From Flavobacteriaceae bacterium (GTDB lineage: Bacteria > Bacteroidota > Bacteroidia > Flavobacteriales > Flavobacteriaceae), in contig JABHGH010000061.1 in the NCBI GenBank assembly GCA_018672145.1, forward strand, positions 1 through 50,529: 50,529 nucleotides of DNA, read 5' to 3'. Made by a program: the position numbers and the translations under genes. Under the pieces are notes generated by a model that was given only the letters and a program-made list of their open reading frames with translations, made no database searches and was not told the DNA's origin. Below are positions 1 through 8,551 of the stretch, piece by piece. How positions within the stretch are numbered: the first letter of the stretch is position 1; each line of letters opens with the position of its first letter.

Positions 1-475
1 CCTGCTTCATGCACTAAATGGAAATAAAACCACTTGCTTTCCTGAAGTTTTCAGAAAGCTTTTTACCGAAGCTCAAAAAAGAGGAGTCAAGTCACCATTT
101 TTAAATGATCCTGTGAAATTAAGTCAAGCAATTATTGAAGGTAGAGTCCGTGATTTTATGACAGAAAAAATCACTGAAATTCACGTTTATGATCGTGGAA
201 TCCACGATGCCTTAGCCTATCTTGATGATCTTAAAGTTTCATATCCAGAATCTTTTAAAGAAATCGCACGTCGCCACACCTATGACAAAGCTTTTATTCT
301 ACCTCCTTGGAAAGAAATTTATGTTAACGACAATGAGCGTATTGAGAACTTCGAGAAAACAGATGCAATTCATCAAGTCTTACTTAAAGCGTATACCAAT
401 TATGGTATGCCTCCAATCATTGTTCCTAAATTGCCGGTACAAGAAAGAGTCGCTTTTATAAACAAGCATCTATGA
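1..475 (+). CDS. AAA-type ATPase (AAA_28 / COG3911-like), 5' end cut by window edge
   Basis: The frame of the listed 113..475 ORF stays open back to nt 2 (LLHALNGNKTTCFPEVFRKLFTEAQKRG...), so the GTG at 113 is internal. The sequence recalls small NadR-like predicted ATPases (from memory); the Walker A region would lie outside the window. The TGA stop overlaps the next ATG (ATGA, 472-475). Confidence 0.5.
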   Translation, partial: LLHALNGNKTTCFPEVFRKLFTEAQKRGVKSPFLNDPVKLSQAIIEGRVRDFMTEKITEIHVYDRGIHDALAYLDDLKVSYPESFKEIARRHTYDKAFILPPWKEIYVNDNERIENFEKTDAIHQVLLKAYTNYGMPPIIVPKLPVQERVAFINKHL

Positions 476-2346
476 ATTCTCCACAGGCTTTAATGGAAAA
501 ATATTGGGGTTGGTCTGAATTTCGTCCTGGACAAAAAGAAGCCATCTCAGTATCTATTTCTGGTAAAAATACGCTTGTTCTCTTGCCCACAGGTGGCGGT
601 AAGTCGTTGTGTTATCAACTCGCAGCTCTTAGCATGGGAGGAGTCTGTGTCGTTGTCAGTCCATTGATTGCCTTGATGATTGACCAAGTAGAAGCCCTAA
701 AAAGCAAAAATATTCGCGCCATGTCGATCAGCGGCCCTATGCGTGAAAATGAACTTGTTGAAGCACTAGACCAATGTGCGTTTGGAGATATTTCATTTTT
801 ATACATCTCACCCGAAAGGCTTCAAAATCCAATTGTATTACAACGATTAAAAACACTTTCTATATCACTATTGGCTGTTGACGAAGCTCACTGCATATCG
901 CAATGGGGTCATGATTTCAGACCTTCTTATCGTAAAATAAACAATTTTCATCAGTTCATCGGTAAGCCCCCTGTCATGGCATTAACGGCAACGGCAACAC
1001 CCAAAGTAAAGCAAGATATAACCGATACGCTAGAACTACCAGACACACAAATCATACAAACTTCTTTTGTCCGACCAAACCTTATCTATCAGGTTCATCA
1101 AACTGAAAATAAACTAGCAAGCATACAATCATTATTGACCAATGCAACTGGGAACACCATTATCTATTTGCGAACACGAAGGCATTGCGAAACACTTGTG
1201 GAGCAGCTTGGCATCAGTGGTATTCGTGCGAACTATTTTCACGGTGGCAGCGAAAACAAAACAAAACTCATTGAGGAATGGAGTTCTGGCAGGAATCCCG
1301 TAATGGTAGCAACTACTGCTTTTGGGATGGGAATCGATCAACCAAACGTGCGGCAGGTTATACACGCCGCATTGCCAGAAAGTATGGAAAGCTATTACCA
1401 AGAAGCAGGTCGAGCAGGTCGAGATGGCAAAAGAGCTCGAGCTATAATCATAAACAGCAAAAGAGATGTTGAAACACTCGAACGTCAATTTATTGATCCA
1501 ATTCCTAATTATGATTTCATATGCCAGGTCTACACCAAAGTATGCTCCTACTTTCAAATTGCTTATGGGGAGCTTCCAGAAGAACCGTTGGACTTGTCGT
1601 TTAAGAAGTTTTTAGAAACCTATCGCTTTTCTTCAAAAAAAACATACGAAGCTTTTCAGATTTTTGACAAAGTCGACAGTATTAGATGGACTAATCAACT
1701 ACGACAAAAATACAGTTTGCAAATTTTATACAAAGGCAAAGAACTAAGGAATTACATTGAGAAAAACGCACCTCTATCATCACTTGTTAACGTATTGGTG
1801 AGGTTATATCCTAAGATTACAGAAAATTATCAACCTATTGATGTCATTAAACTAAGCAAACGAACTGGCGTACATTTGGAAAGACTCAAAGAACAGTTGA
1901 CTGCCCTAGCCCAAAACGGACTGGCAGATATTGACGCATGGCAATGTGATACTCGTTTATACTTTCTTGAACCTCGTGAAGACAAACACACCTTGAGTAA
2001 AGTAAAGAAGCATCTTACTCAATTAAAAGACACACGCAAACTCCAACTGCAATCCATTGAAAACTACATCAAAGAAAATGAGATTTGCAAACAAAGTATG
2101 ATTGTAAAATACTTTGGGGAAAAAGTAGAAGCCCCATGTGGTCAATGTAGTAGTTGTCAAAGTGAACCCAACAGCAAACAACTTCAAAAGAGGATTTTAG
2201 AAGCATTACAAAGCCATCCTCTAACCGTAATTGAACTTTCTCAATTGCTAGTCACGGAAGAAAAAGTTATCATTGCAGCACTTGATGAAATGATCAACGA
2301 AGAAAAAATCAAGCGTTTAAACGGTAAATTTCACATCCAATCATGA
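472..2346 (+). CDS. recQ: RecQ-family ATP-dependent DNA helicase (624 aa, no HRDC)
   Basis: SF2 motifs are present: LLPTGGGKS (motif I), VDEAHCISQWGHDFRPSY (DEAH, RecQ-specific extension), LTATAT (III), QEAGRAGRDG (VI). The RecQ Zn-module signature C-x8-YFGE-x5-CGQCSSC lies at aa 539-562. Confidence 0.9.
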   Translation: MNSPQALMEKYWGWSEFRPGQKEAISVSISGKNTLVLLPTGGGKSLCYQLAALSMGGVCVVVSPLIALMIDQVEALKSKNIRAMSISGPMRENELVEALDQCAFGDISFLYISPERLQNPIVLQRLKTLSISLLAVDEAHCISQWGHDFRPSYRKINNFHQFIGKPPVMALTATATPKVKQDITDTLELPDTQIIQTSFVRPNLIYQVHQTENKLASIQSLLTNATGNTIIYLRTRRHCETLVEQLGISGIRANYFHGGSENKTKLIEEWSSGRNPVMVATTAFGMGIDQPNVRQVIHAALPESMESYYQEAGRAGRDGKRARAIIINSKRDVETLERQFIDPIPNYDFICQVYTKVCSYFQIAYGELPEEPLDLSFKKFLETYRFSSKKTYEAFQIFDKVDSIRWTNQLRQKYSLQILYKGKELRNYIEKNAPLSSLVNVLVRLYPKITENYQPIDVIKLSKRTGVHLERLKEQLTALAQNGLADIDAWQCDTRLYFLEPREDKHTLSKVKKHLTQLKDTRKLQLQSIENYIKENEICKQSMIVKYFGEKVEAPCGQCSSCQSEPNSKQLQKRILEALQSHPLTVIELSQLLVTEEKVIIAALDEMINEEKIKRLNGKFHIQS

Positions 2347-3293
2347 AATCATTACGCATCATTTACATGGGAACACCCGCTTTTGCTTTAGGTCCCTTAA
2401 AGCATATTCATAATAGCCCACACAAAATTGTGAGCGTTATCACCACTCCCGATAGGAAATCTGGCAGAGGAAAACAACTTACTCCATCTCCAGTGAAGTC
2501 ATTCAGTGAAGAGGTTGGTCTTCCTGTTTTACAACCAACAAACCTTAAAGACATTGACTTTTTATCGCATTTGGAGGTGCTAAAGCCCGATGTAATTGTC
2601 GTTGTTGCCTTTCGTATGCTACCAAAAGAAGTGTGGTCGATCCCATTGTATGGTACATTTAATTTGCACGCATCACTACTACCACAGTATCGAGGAGCTG
2701 CTCCCATTCACTGGGCCATAATAAACGAAGAAAAAGAGACAGGGGTAACTACTTTTTTTATTGATGAAAAAATTGACACAGGGAAAATTATTCTTCAAAA
2801 AAAAATAACGATTCATGAAAAGGAAACTACAGGTAGTCTTAGCAACAAGCTTGAAGAAATTGGTAGACATCTTGTGTTAGAAACATTAAATGCGATAGCA
2901 TCCGAGGTTGTGATGACAAAACCACAACCTGAAAAAGAACATTTGCAAGCAGCACCAAAACTAACACGTGACAATACCCAGATAAATTGGAATCAATCTG
3001 GACGTTCAATAGAACGATTGGTTCGTGGACTACAACCAACGCCCTGTGCATGGACATTACTGACGAACAAAGAGAAAACCGTACGTTGTAAAATAATAAC
3101 TGTTGAGTTTCACCAAGGACCAAAAAATGATGAAATCGGCAAAATTTCTATCAAAAACAAGCAATTATTTGTACAAGTAAGTGATGGGGAAATACACGTT
3201 ACACGCTTACAACTTCCCAATAAAAAATCGTTGTCTGACAGTGAATTAGTAAACGGCTACGCATTTGATAATGATGCAAAATTTGAGAATTGA
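2343..3293 (+). CDS. fmt: methionyl-tRNA formyltransferase
   Basis: N-terminal IIYMGTPAFA, the HASLLPQYRGAAPIHWAI formyltransferase motif, and a 316 aa length. The ATG overlaps the recQ stop (ATGA). Confidence 0.95.
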   Translation: MKSLRIIYMGTPAFALGPLKHIHNSPHKIVSVITTPDRKSGRGKQLTPSPVKSFSEEVGLPVLQPTNLKDIDFLSHLEVLKPDVIVVVAFRMLPKEVWSIPLYGTFNLHASLLPQYRGAAPIHWAIINEEKETGVTTFFIDEKIDTGKIILQKKITIHEKETTGSLSNKLEEIGRHLVLETLNAIASEVVMTKPQPEKEHLQAAPKLTRDNTQINWNQSGRSIERLVRGLQPTPCAWTLLTNKEKTVRCKIITVEFHQGPKNDEIGKISIKNKQLFVQVSDGEIHVTRLQLPNKKSLSDSELVNGYAFDNDAKFEN

Positions 3294-3321
3294 TTCCAAA
3301 AAATATTGTACATTGTACATT

Positions 3322-3879
3322 ATGAATGTAGATTTAAGTAACGGTAAACTTTTAGCGGCAGACCCTTCAATCATTGGAGATTTTTCTTTTGCAAGAGCAG
3401 TGATTTTACTAGCCGATCACAATGATGAAGGAAGCGTCGGATTTATTTTAAATAAGCCCATGGAACACGATTTGAGCACTTTCGTTCCTGAAATCACGGA
3501 AACTTTTGATGTTTTTGAAGGGGGACCTGTTGACCAAGATCAACTTTACTATATTCACAACCGCTCTGACCTTATACCCAATGCCAAAGTCATTTCAAAC
3601 AACCTTGCTTGGGGAGGAGATTTTAATGTCATCAAATCAAAAATTAATTCTGGCGAGCTATCACCTACTGATATCAAATTTTTTCTCGGTTATTCTGGCT
3701 GGAGCTGTGACCAGTTAAAAGAAGAAGTTAAACTAAAAACATGGGTGATTCTTGATGAAGATAACACCAAAGAAATCACTACTTCAAACGACGCCTCTTA
3801 TTGGAAGTCAAAAATGACATCTCTTGGGGGGAATTATTTATTATGGGCAAATTCTCCAAGTCACCCAAACTTAAACTAA
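3322..3879 (+). CDS. YqgE/AlgH family protein (UPF0301)
   Basis: From ATG 3322 the product (MNVDLSNGKLLAADPS...AVILLADHNDEGSVGFILNKP) has a typical YqgE/AlgH N-terminus. The listed start at 3265 would add 19 non-conserved residues overlapping fmt. Confidence 0.85.
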   Translation: MNVDLSNGKLLAADPSIIGDFSFARAVILLADHNDEGSVGFILNKPMEHDLSTFVPEITETFDVFEGGPVDQDQLYYIHNRSDLIPNAKVISNNLAWGGDFNVIKSKINSGELSPTDIKFFLGYSGWSCDQLKEEVKLKTWVILDEDNTKEITTSNDASYWKSKMTSLGGNYLLWANSPSHPNLN

Positions 3880-4709
3880 AGCTGAGTGTTCAGTAGAGCC
3901 AGAGCCTGTTTTATTTTATCAACCTTGTATTCCTTTCTCCTGTAGTTGGTCACTCCCTGTATGCCTCCAATCGTGCTTGTAAGCCAAATTTCATTCGCTT
4001 TTTGTAACTCAAAAGGAGTTATTCCACGCTCCTTCACTTCAAGCCCTAACTCTTTTGATAAACGAATGAGTTGTTTGCGAACAATACCGTCCAAACAACC
4101 AGACGACAATGGTGGCGTATGTAGCTCATTATCAAACAATAAAAAAATATTAGACTGCAGCGCCTCTACAACTTCTTTTTTATCATTGATTAAAATGCAA
4201 TTATCTAGATCGTTTTCTTTTGCGAAAATAGACCCAAGCACATTGAGAATTTTGTTGTTCGTCTTTAGGTTGGACAACAAGGCGGGCTGCACATAATGAT
4301 CTTTAAAAAGATCAACCACATACTTTTCTTTTTGCTTAGGATAATTAGCTTCTGTTAACGGCTCACAATGTAATACAAAAGCAACCTCATTATGAAGTGG
4401 CGTATAAAAACCAGTGCTGTTTCGAAAAACAGTCAAGCGTATTCGCCACGTAGAGTAAGTGCTAGGCTGAGCCTGTATCAATCGCTTGAATTCATTAGAA
4501 AAATATTCAGGAGTATATGTCAATGGAATATTCATTCGCAACAAACGCATGCTTGCCATAAGTCTGAAATAATGATCCTCCCAGAAAATGACACGGCCAT
4601 CTACTGCTTTTAGTGTTTCGAAAACAGCATCACCATATGAAAAACCGCGATTGAAGAAAGATAGTCCAGTATCTTCAGTAGATACTAGGTTGCCATTGAA
4701 ATTAACCAT
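3876..4709 (-). CDS. aminotransferase class IV (fold-type IV PLP enzyme, aminodeoxychorismate-lyase-like)
   Basis: 277 aa with N-terminal FNRGFSYGDAVFETLK, typical of the PabC/IlvE fold-type IV family. Substrate cannot be assigned from sequence alone. Confidence 0.75.
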   Translation of the reverse strand: MVNFNGNLVSTEDTGLSFFNRGFSYGDAVFETLKAVDGRVIFWEDHYFRLMASMRLLRMNIPLTYTPEYFSNEFKRLIQAQPSTYSTWRIRLTVFRNSTGFYTPLHNEVAFVLHCEPLTEANYPKQKEKYVVDLFKDHYVQPALLSNLKTNNKILNVLGSIFAKENDLDNCILINDKKEVVEALQSNIFLLFDNELHTPPLSSGCLDGIVRKQLIRLSKELGLEVKERGITPFELQKANEIWLTSTIGGIQGVTNYRRKEYKVDKIKQALALLNTQL

Positions 4710-5095
4710 TAGGCGGACCCTAAGACTTGTTTGAGATTAGCGATCTGATTTTCCCAAAACATTTTGGATTCTTCAACTTCATCTTCTTCGGCAAAATCAG
4801 AGACCATTAAAGAAACGTCTTTTGTAATCTCATCAACTTGAATTCGCATTTCGAAGTGGTATTTATCATAGTCATCTTCGTCGTTGATCCATTGATAACG
4901 AACAAATTCATTGGGTTTATTCTTGATGAGCAACGCTTCTTCGCTCGAATCATCCCAGAAAAACTCGTATTTATCAGTTCTAGAGTTTACATTGTCTGCA
5001 AACCACTCTGATAGTCCTGAAGGGGTAAAGAGATATTGATAGAGGAGTTGTGGGGATGCTTTTATAACAAATTCAATTTCAAATTGATCTTTCAC
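4709..5095 (-). CDS. SRPBCC / START-like (AHSA1-like) domain protein
   Basis: 128 aa with a GTG start. The pattern ASPQLLYQYLFTPSGLSEWFAD...F.W recalls START-like/AHSA1 domain proteins. Its stop overlaps the next ATG by 1 nt (TAATG at 4709). Confidence 0.55.
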   Translation of the reverse strand: MKDQFEIEFVIKASPQLLYQYLFTPSGLSEWFADNVNSRTDKYEFFWDDSSEEALLIKNKPNEFVRYQWINDEDDYDKYHFEMRIQVDEITKDVSLMVSDFAEEDEVEESKMFWENQIANLKQVLGSA

Positions 5096-5142
5096 GAGAT
5101 ATCTTTTATCAGAGAAGCAATATAATATCTTTTTTCATTGCA

Positions 5143-5164
5143 CAAAAATATAATCTCAAAAATA
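5143..5164 (-). promoter_or_regulatory. two candidate -7 boxes (TATTTTTG twice on minus strand) upstream of the SRPBCC gene
   Basis: Plus-strand CAAAAATA at 5143-5150 and 5157-5164 is the reverse complement of TAnnTTTG. They lie 48 and 62 nt upstream of the GTG at 5095. Confidence 0.3.
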
Positions 5165-5168
5165 TAGC

Positions 5169-5199
5169 TTGACTACTGAACTAAAACCCTCTATATTTG
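5169..5199 (+). promoter_or_regulatory. Bacteroidetes-type promoter for the tRNA (-33 TTG, -7 TATATTTG)
   Basis: TTG at 5169-5171 and TATATTTG at 5192-5199 with a 20-nt spacer. The box ends 10 nt before the tRNA 5' end. Confidence 0.45.
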
Positions 5200-5209
5200 C
5201 AACCAAAAT

Positions 5210-5283
5210 GGCGAGGTAGCTCAGCCGGTTAGAGCGTCGGATTCATAACCCGGAGGTCGGGGGTTCAAGTCCCCCCCTCGCTA
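5210..5283 (+). tRNA. tRNA with CAT anticodon (elongator Met or Ile2/lysidine type)
   Basis: Hand-folded cloverleaf, 74 nt. Acceptor GGCGAGG/CCTCGCT, D arm GCTC-AGCCGGTTA-GAGC, anticodon arm TCGGA-TTCATAA-CCCGG, variable AGGTC, T arm GGGGG-TTCAAGT-CCCCC, discriminator A. No encoded CCA. Confidence 0.9.
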
Positions 5284-5297
5284 CTAATATTTCCATT

Positions 5298-6311
5298 ATG
5301 ATTTTAGTCACAGGAGGCTTGGGATTTATTGGTGCTCACACAGTAGTGGCACTGCTCGACAAAAACCACAAGGTTCTTATCGTTGATGACCTTTCTAATA
5401 GCTCCATTTCCGTTCTTGCTGGAATTGTATCTGCCAGTGGAAAATCCCCTGTTTTTGAGCAATTTGATCTGAAAAATAAGCAGAAAACAGAACAACTTTT
5501 TAGGGACTATACCATTGATGGGATTATTCATTTTGCAGCTTACAAGGCTGTTGGCGAGAGCACTGAAAAGCCACTAGACTACTATGAAAACAATATTACG
5601 CCGCTCATCAACTTACTTTTGTGTGCAAAAGAGCAGCCAGGTCATATTCCGTTTATCTTTAGTTCGTCTTGTACCGTTTACGGTGAAGCAAACACTTTAC
5701 CTATCTCGGAAAATGAGCCAATAAAAATGGCCATGTCCCCCTACGGAAACACAAAACAAATTGGTGAAGAAATCGTACGTGATGCTACAAATGTTTATGC
5801 AAATATCCCTTCCATCTCATTGCGCTATTTCAATCCGATTGGCGCCCATTCGTCAGCCAAAATTGGTGAGCTTCCTTTGGGAGTTCCACAAAATTTAGTT
5901 CCTTTTATTACGCAAACTGCTGCAGGCATTCGTGAGTCACTAACTGTTTTTGGCAACGATTACCCAACGCATGATGGTACTTGTATTCGAGATTACATAC
6001 ATGTCGAAGACCTGGCCCAAGCCCATATTGCTGCACTAGAATTCATTCAACAATCAAATCAACCTCACTTCTATGATGTTTTTAATTTAGGAACTGGAAA
6101 GGGGCAATCTGTCCTGGATATTATTCACGCTTTTGAACGTGTTTCTGGTCAATCATTACCCTACGTCATTGGAAAAAGAAGAAAAGGAGATGTAGTTGCA
6201 GCCTATGCCGAAACCACCAAAGCCGAAAAAATGCTTGATTGGAAAGCCACAAGAACAATTGACGAAGCGCTTTACTCTGCGTGGAAATGGGAACAGCAGC
6301 TAAAGAGATAA
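5298..6311 (+). CDS. galE: UDP-glucose 4-epimerase
   Basis: TGGLGFIGAHT Rossmann motif, SPYGNTK (YxxxK) catalytic motif, 337 aa, GalE-like throughout. Confidence 0.9.
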   Translation: MILVTGGLGFIGAHTVVALLDKNHKVLIVDDLSNSSISVLAGIVSASGKSPVFEQFDLKNKQKTEQLFRDYTIDGIIHFAAYKAVGESTEKPLDYYENNITPLINLLLCAKEQPGHIPFIFSSSCTVYGEANTLPISENEPIKMAMSPYGNTKQIGEEIVRDATNVYANIPSISLRYFNPIGAHSSAKIGELPLGVPQNLVPFITQTAAGIRESLTVFGNDYPTHDGTCIRDYIHVEDLAQAHIAALEFIQQSNQPHFYDVFNLGTGKGQSVLDIIHAFERVSGQSLPYVIGKRRKGDVVAAYAETTKAEKMLDWKATRTIDEALYSAWKWEQQLKR

Positions 6312-6354
6312 GCTGCAGTAATCCCGGTAAATAACGATGGAAAGATTACAAAGA

Positions 6355-7707
6355 TTATGCTAGATCGTCAAGCAACAATGTTCTTTGCTCACCGGTATCT
6401 AAATTTTTGATAATACAACTTTTTTCGTTCCATTCTGTTTCACCAACGATTATAGCCTGTGGAATTTTTAATTGATTTGCCAAACTGAGTTGCTTTTTTA
6501 AACGAGCTTCATGGGGATAAACAAGCACACGCTTGCCATTATCACGTAAAGCATTGACGTAGGGCATCAATGATGTAAGTATTTTTGAGTCAAAATTCAC
6601 AACAATAATGTCAATAGCGGTGCGAAGCTCTTTTGGAAATAAGTCCAATTCGTCTAAAACAATATAAATTCGATCTAATCCAAAAGATATTCCAATTCCA
6701 CTGGTGTCTTTCATGCCAAACATGGCAGTAAGATTGTCATAACGCCCGCCTGCTCCAATAGAGCCAACAGCAACATTATCTGGCGCAGCGATTTCAAAAA
6801 TCGCACCTGTATAGTAGTCTAAACCTCGAGCTAATGTCCAATCAAACTCAAGCTTAATAGACTGTAACTTATGAATAGAGTTAAATAAAAAAAGAAGTTC
6901 TTTAGCAGGGTTGTCATTTTCTTCATCTGAGAAAATAATATTTTCGATAGCTTGAAGCTGGGCACTCACTTCATTTTTGTTTGAAAGAGCATCATTAATC
7001 GTGTCAATAACTGCTGTTGAGAAACCAGCTTCAACAAACATTCGTTTCACTTCAGGCCAACCTATTTTATCAAGTTTATCAAGAATGGTAAAAAAAGTAG
7101 TTGTTTTGTTGTTGGCATTTGCTTTTAGAGCAATTTTTTCTAAAACCTTACGATGATTGACACGCAATGTGCATCCATGCAGATTTAATTGCTTAAAAAC
7201 ACCATCTATAAGCTGAATATATTCCAACTCAAGCAGCAAACTGTCAGAACCAATTGCGTCGGCATCACATTGAGTGAATTCTTGAAATCGGCCATGCTGA
7301 GGTCTATCGGCACGCCATACAGACTGCATTTGATATCTTTTAAACGGAAAAATCAACTCATTTTGATGCTGAACGACAAAGCGTGCAAGAGGAACAGTAA
7401 GATCATAACGCAATGCTTTCTCAGAAAGTGAATTTCCAAAACGAGAAAGCTGTCCTTGATTCAACGCATCAATGTCTGCTTTTTTAACTTTTTCTCCAGA
7501 GTTTAAAACTTTAAAAACAAGACGGTCACCTTCTTCTCCGTATTTGCCTAGCAAAATATCTCTTCGCTCCATTGATGGAGTTTGGATTGGGAGAAAACCA
7601 AAAGCCTCGAATTGGGTTTTAATCACATCCATAATATATGTGCGACGAGCAACTTCATGGGGCAAAAAATCCCGCATGCCCTTTGGTGTAGTTGGTTTAC
7701 TAGACAT
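6355..7707 (-). CDS. hisS: histidine--tRNA ligase
   Basis: Class II aaRS with HisRS signatures: LRYDLTVPLARF, GRFQEFTQCD (motif 2), GAGGRYDNL (motif 3). C-terminal anticodon-binding domain, 450 aa. Confidence 0.95.
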   Translation of the reverse strand: MSSKPTTPKGMRDFLPHEVARRTYIMDVIKTQFEAFGFLPIQTPSMERRDILLGKYGEEGDRLVFKVLNSGEKVKKADIDALNQGQLSRFGNSLSEKALRYDLTVPLARFVVQHQNELIFPFKRYQMQSVWRADRPQHGRFQEFTQCDADAIGSDSLLLELEYIQLIDGVFKQLNLHGCTLRVNHRKVLEKIALKANANNKTTTFFTILDKLDKIGWPEVKRMFVEAGFSTAVIDTINDALSNKNEVSAQLQAIENIIFSDEENDNPAKELLFLFNSIHKLQSIKLEFDWTLARGLDYYTGAIFEIAAPDNVAVGSIGAGGRYDNLTAMFGMKDTSGIGISFGLDRIYIVLDELDLFPKELRTAIDIIVVNFDSKILTSLMPYVNALRDNGKRVLVYPHEARLKKQLSLANQLKIPQAIIVGETEWNEKSCIIKNLDTGEQRTLLLDDLA

Positions 7708-7712
7708 GTGTA

Positions 7713-7720
7713 TAAAGATA
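7713..7720 (-). promoter_or_regulatory. -7-like box TATCTTTA, 5 nt upstream of the hisS ATG
   Basis: The minus strand reads TATCTTTA-tacac-ATG. This is one mismatch (final A) from TAnnTTTG. Confidence 0.3.
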
Positions 7721-7735
7721 AAGGAAATTAAGGTT

Positions 7736-7762
7736 TAAAAAAAAGCCGCTAAAAGCGGCTTT
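7736..7762 (-). terminator. intrinsic terminator after rplI
   Basis: The minus strand reads AAAGCCGCT-TTT-AGCGGCTTT followed by a T-run. The stem is 7-9 bp with a GC-rich core, about 25 nt past the rplI stop. Confidence 0.7.
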
Positions 7763-7786
7763 ATATCATTCTATGTCATTTTGGTT

Positions 7787-8245
7787 TTATGCCTTTTGTT
7801 CAGACTTAACCACTTCAAAATCAACTTGGGATTTCACCTCACGATGTAAGCGAACCTCGGCTTGGTATTTTCCCAAACGCTTGACAGTTCCACCAGCAAT
7901 TTTGATGAACTTTTTCTCGATCTCCTGTCCAGAGGACTGGAAAGCAGCACTTAAATCAGCTGTTCCGATTGAGCCAAACAATTTTCCTCCTGCACCAGCT
8001 TTTGCTGAGATTTTAATCTCCAAGCTAGATAGCTTTTTGGAAATAGCATTTGCATCATCAATCAGCTTTTGTTCTTTAAAAGCACGCTGTTTTAGATTTT
8101 CAGCTAACACTTTTTTTGCAGAAGATGTTGCCAAAATTGCTAAACCTTGTGGGATTAGAAAGTTACGTCCGTAACCATTCTTGACCTGAACAAGGTCGTC
8201 TTTAAATCCTAGGTTTTCTACGTCTTGTTTTAGTATCAGTTCCAT
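7787..8245 (-). CDS. rplI: 50S ribosomal protein L9
   Basis: MELILKQDVENLGFKDDLVQVKNGYGRNFLIPQGLA is a classic L9 N-terminus. 152 aa. Confidence 0.95.
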   Translation of the reverse strand: MELILKQDVENLGFKDDLVQVKNGYGRNFLIPQGLAILATSSAKKVLAENLKQRAFKEQKLIDDANAISKKLSSLEIKISAKAGAGGKLFGSIGTADLSAAFQSSGQEIEKKFIKIAGGTVKRLGKYQAEVRLHREVKSQVDFEVVKSEQKA

Positions 8246-8251
8246 CGCAGT

Positions 8252-8548
8252 TTATTTTAAAAGATCAGCTACGTATGGCATCAAAGCCAAATGACGTGAA
8301 CGTTTGATTGCTACAGATAACTTACGTTGATACTTGAGTGATGTACCTGTAAGTCTTCGTGGTAAAATTTTACCTTGCTCGTTGACAAACTTTAACAAAA
8401 AATCGGGATCCTTATAGTCGATATACTTGATACCAGATTTTTTAAATCGGCAATACTTTTTTTCTTTGTTAGTATCAATGTCAAGTGGCGTAAGATAGCG
8501 TACTTCGCCTTGCTTACCACCTTTACTTGCTTGTTCTAATGATGCCAT
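8252..8548 (-). CDS. rpsR: 30S ribosomal protein S18
   Basis: [51 protein letters not shown] is the S18 core. 98 aa. Confidence 0.95.
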   Translation of the reverse strand: MASLEQASKGGKQGEVRYLTPLDIDTNKEKKYCRFKKSGIKYIDYKDPDFLLKFVNEQGKILPRRLTGTSLKYQRKLSVAIKRSRHLALMPYVADLLK

Positions 8549-8551
8549 GTG

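Noticed and set aside
3265-3321. Upstream start of the yqgE ORF, and a tandem heptamer (ATTGTAC)x2 at 3305-3318, each copy spanning a TGTACA palindrome.
   Set aside because: The extension is not homolog-like and overlaps fmt. The repeat is only two 7-nt copies, too short to distinguish from chance in AT-rich DNA.
7773-8174. 133-aa ORF antisense to rplI. Similar long antisense ORFs occur at 1132-1557 (recQ), 25032-25520 (transglycosylase), 37447-37821 (purL 5' end), 38329-38713 and 39349-39711 (purL).
   Set aside because: All lie fully opposite strongly conserved genes. They have Ser/Cys/Arg-rich low-complexity products typical of the reverse frame of AT-rich coding DNA, and none has its own -7 box. 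I treat them as non-coding.
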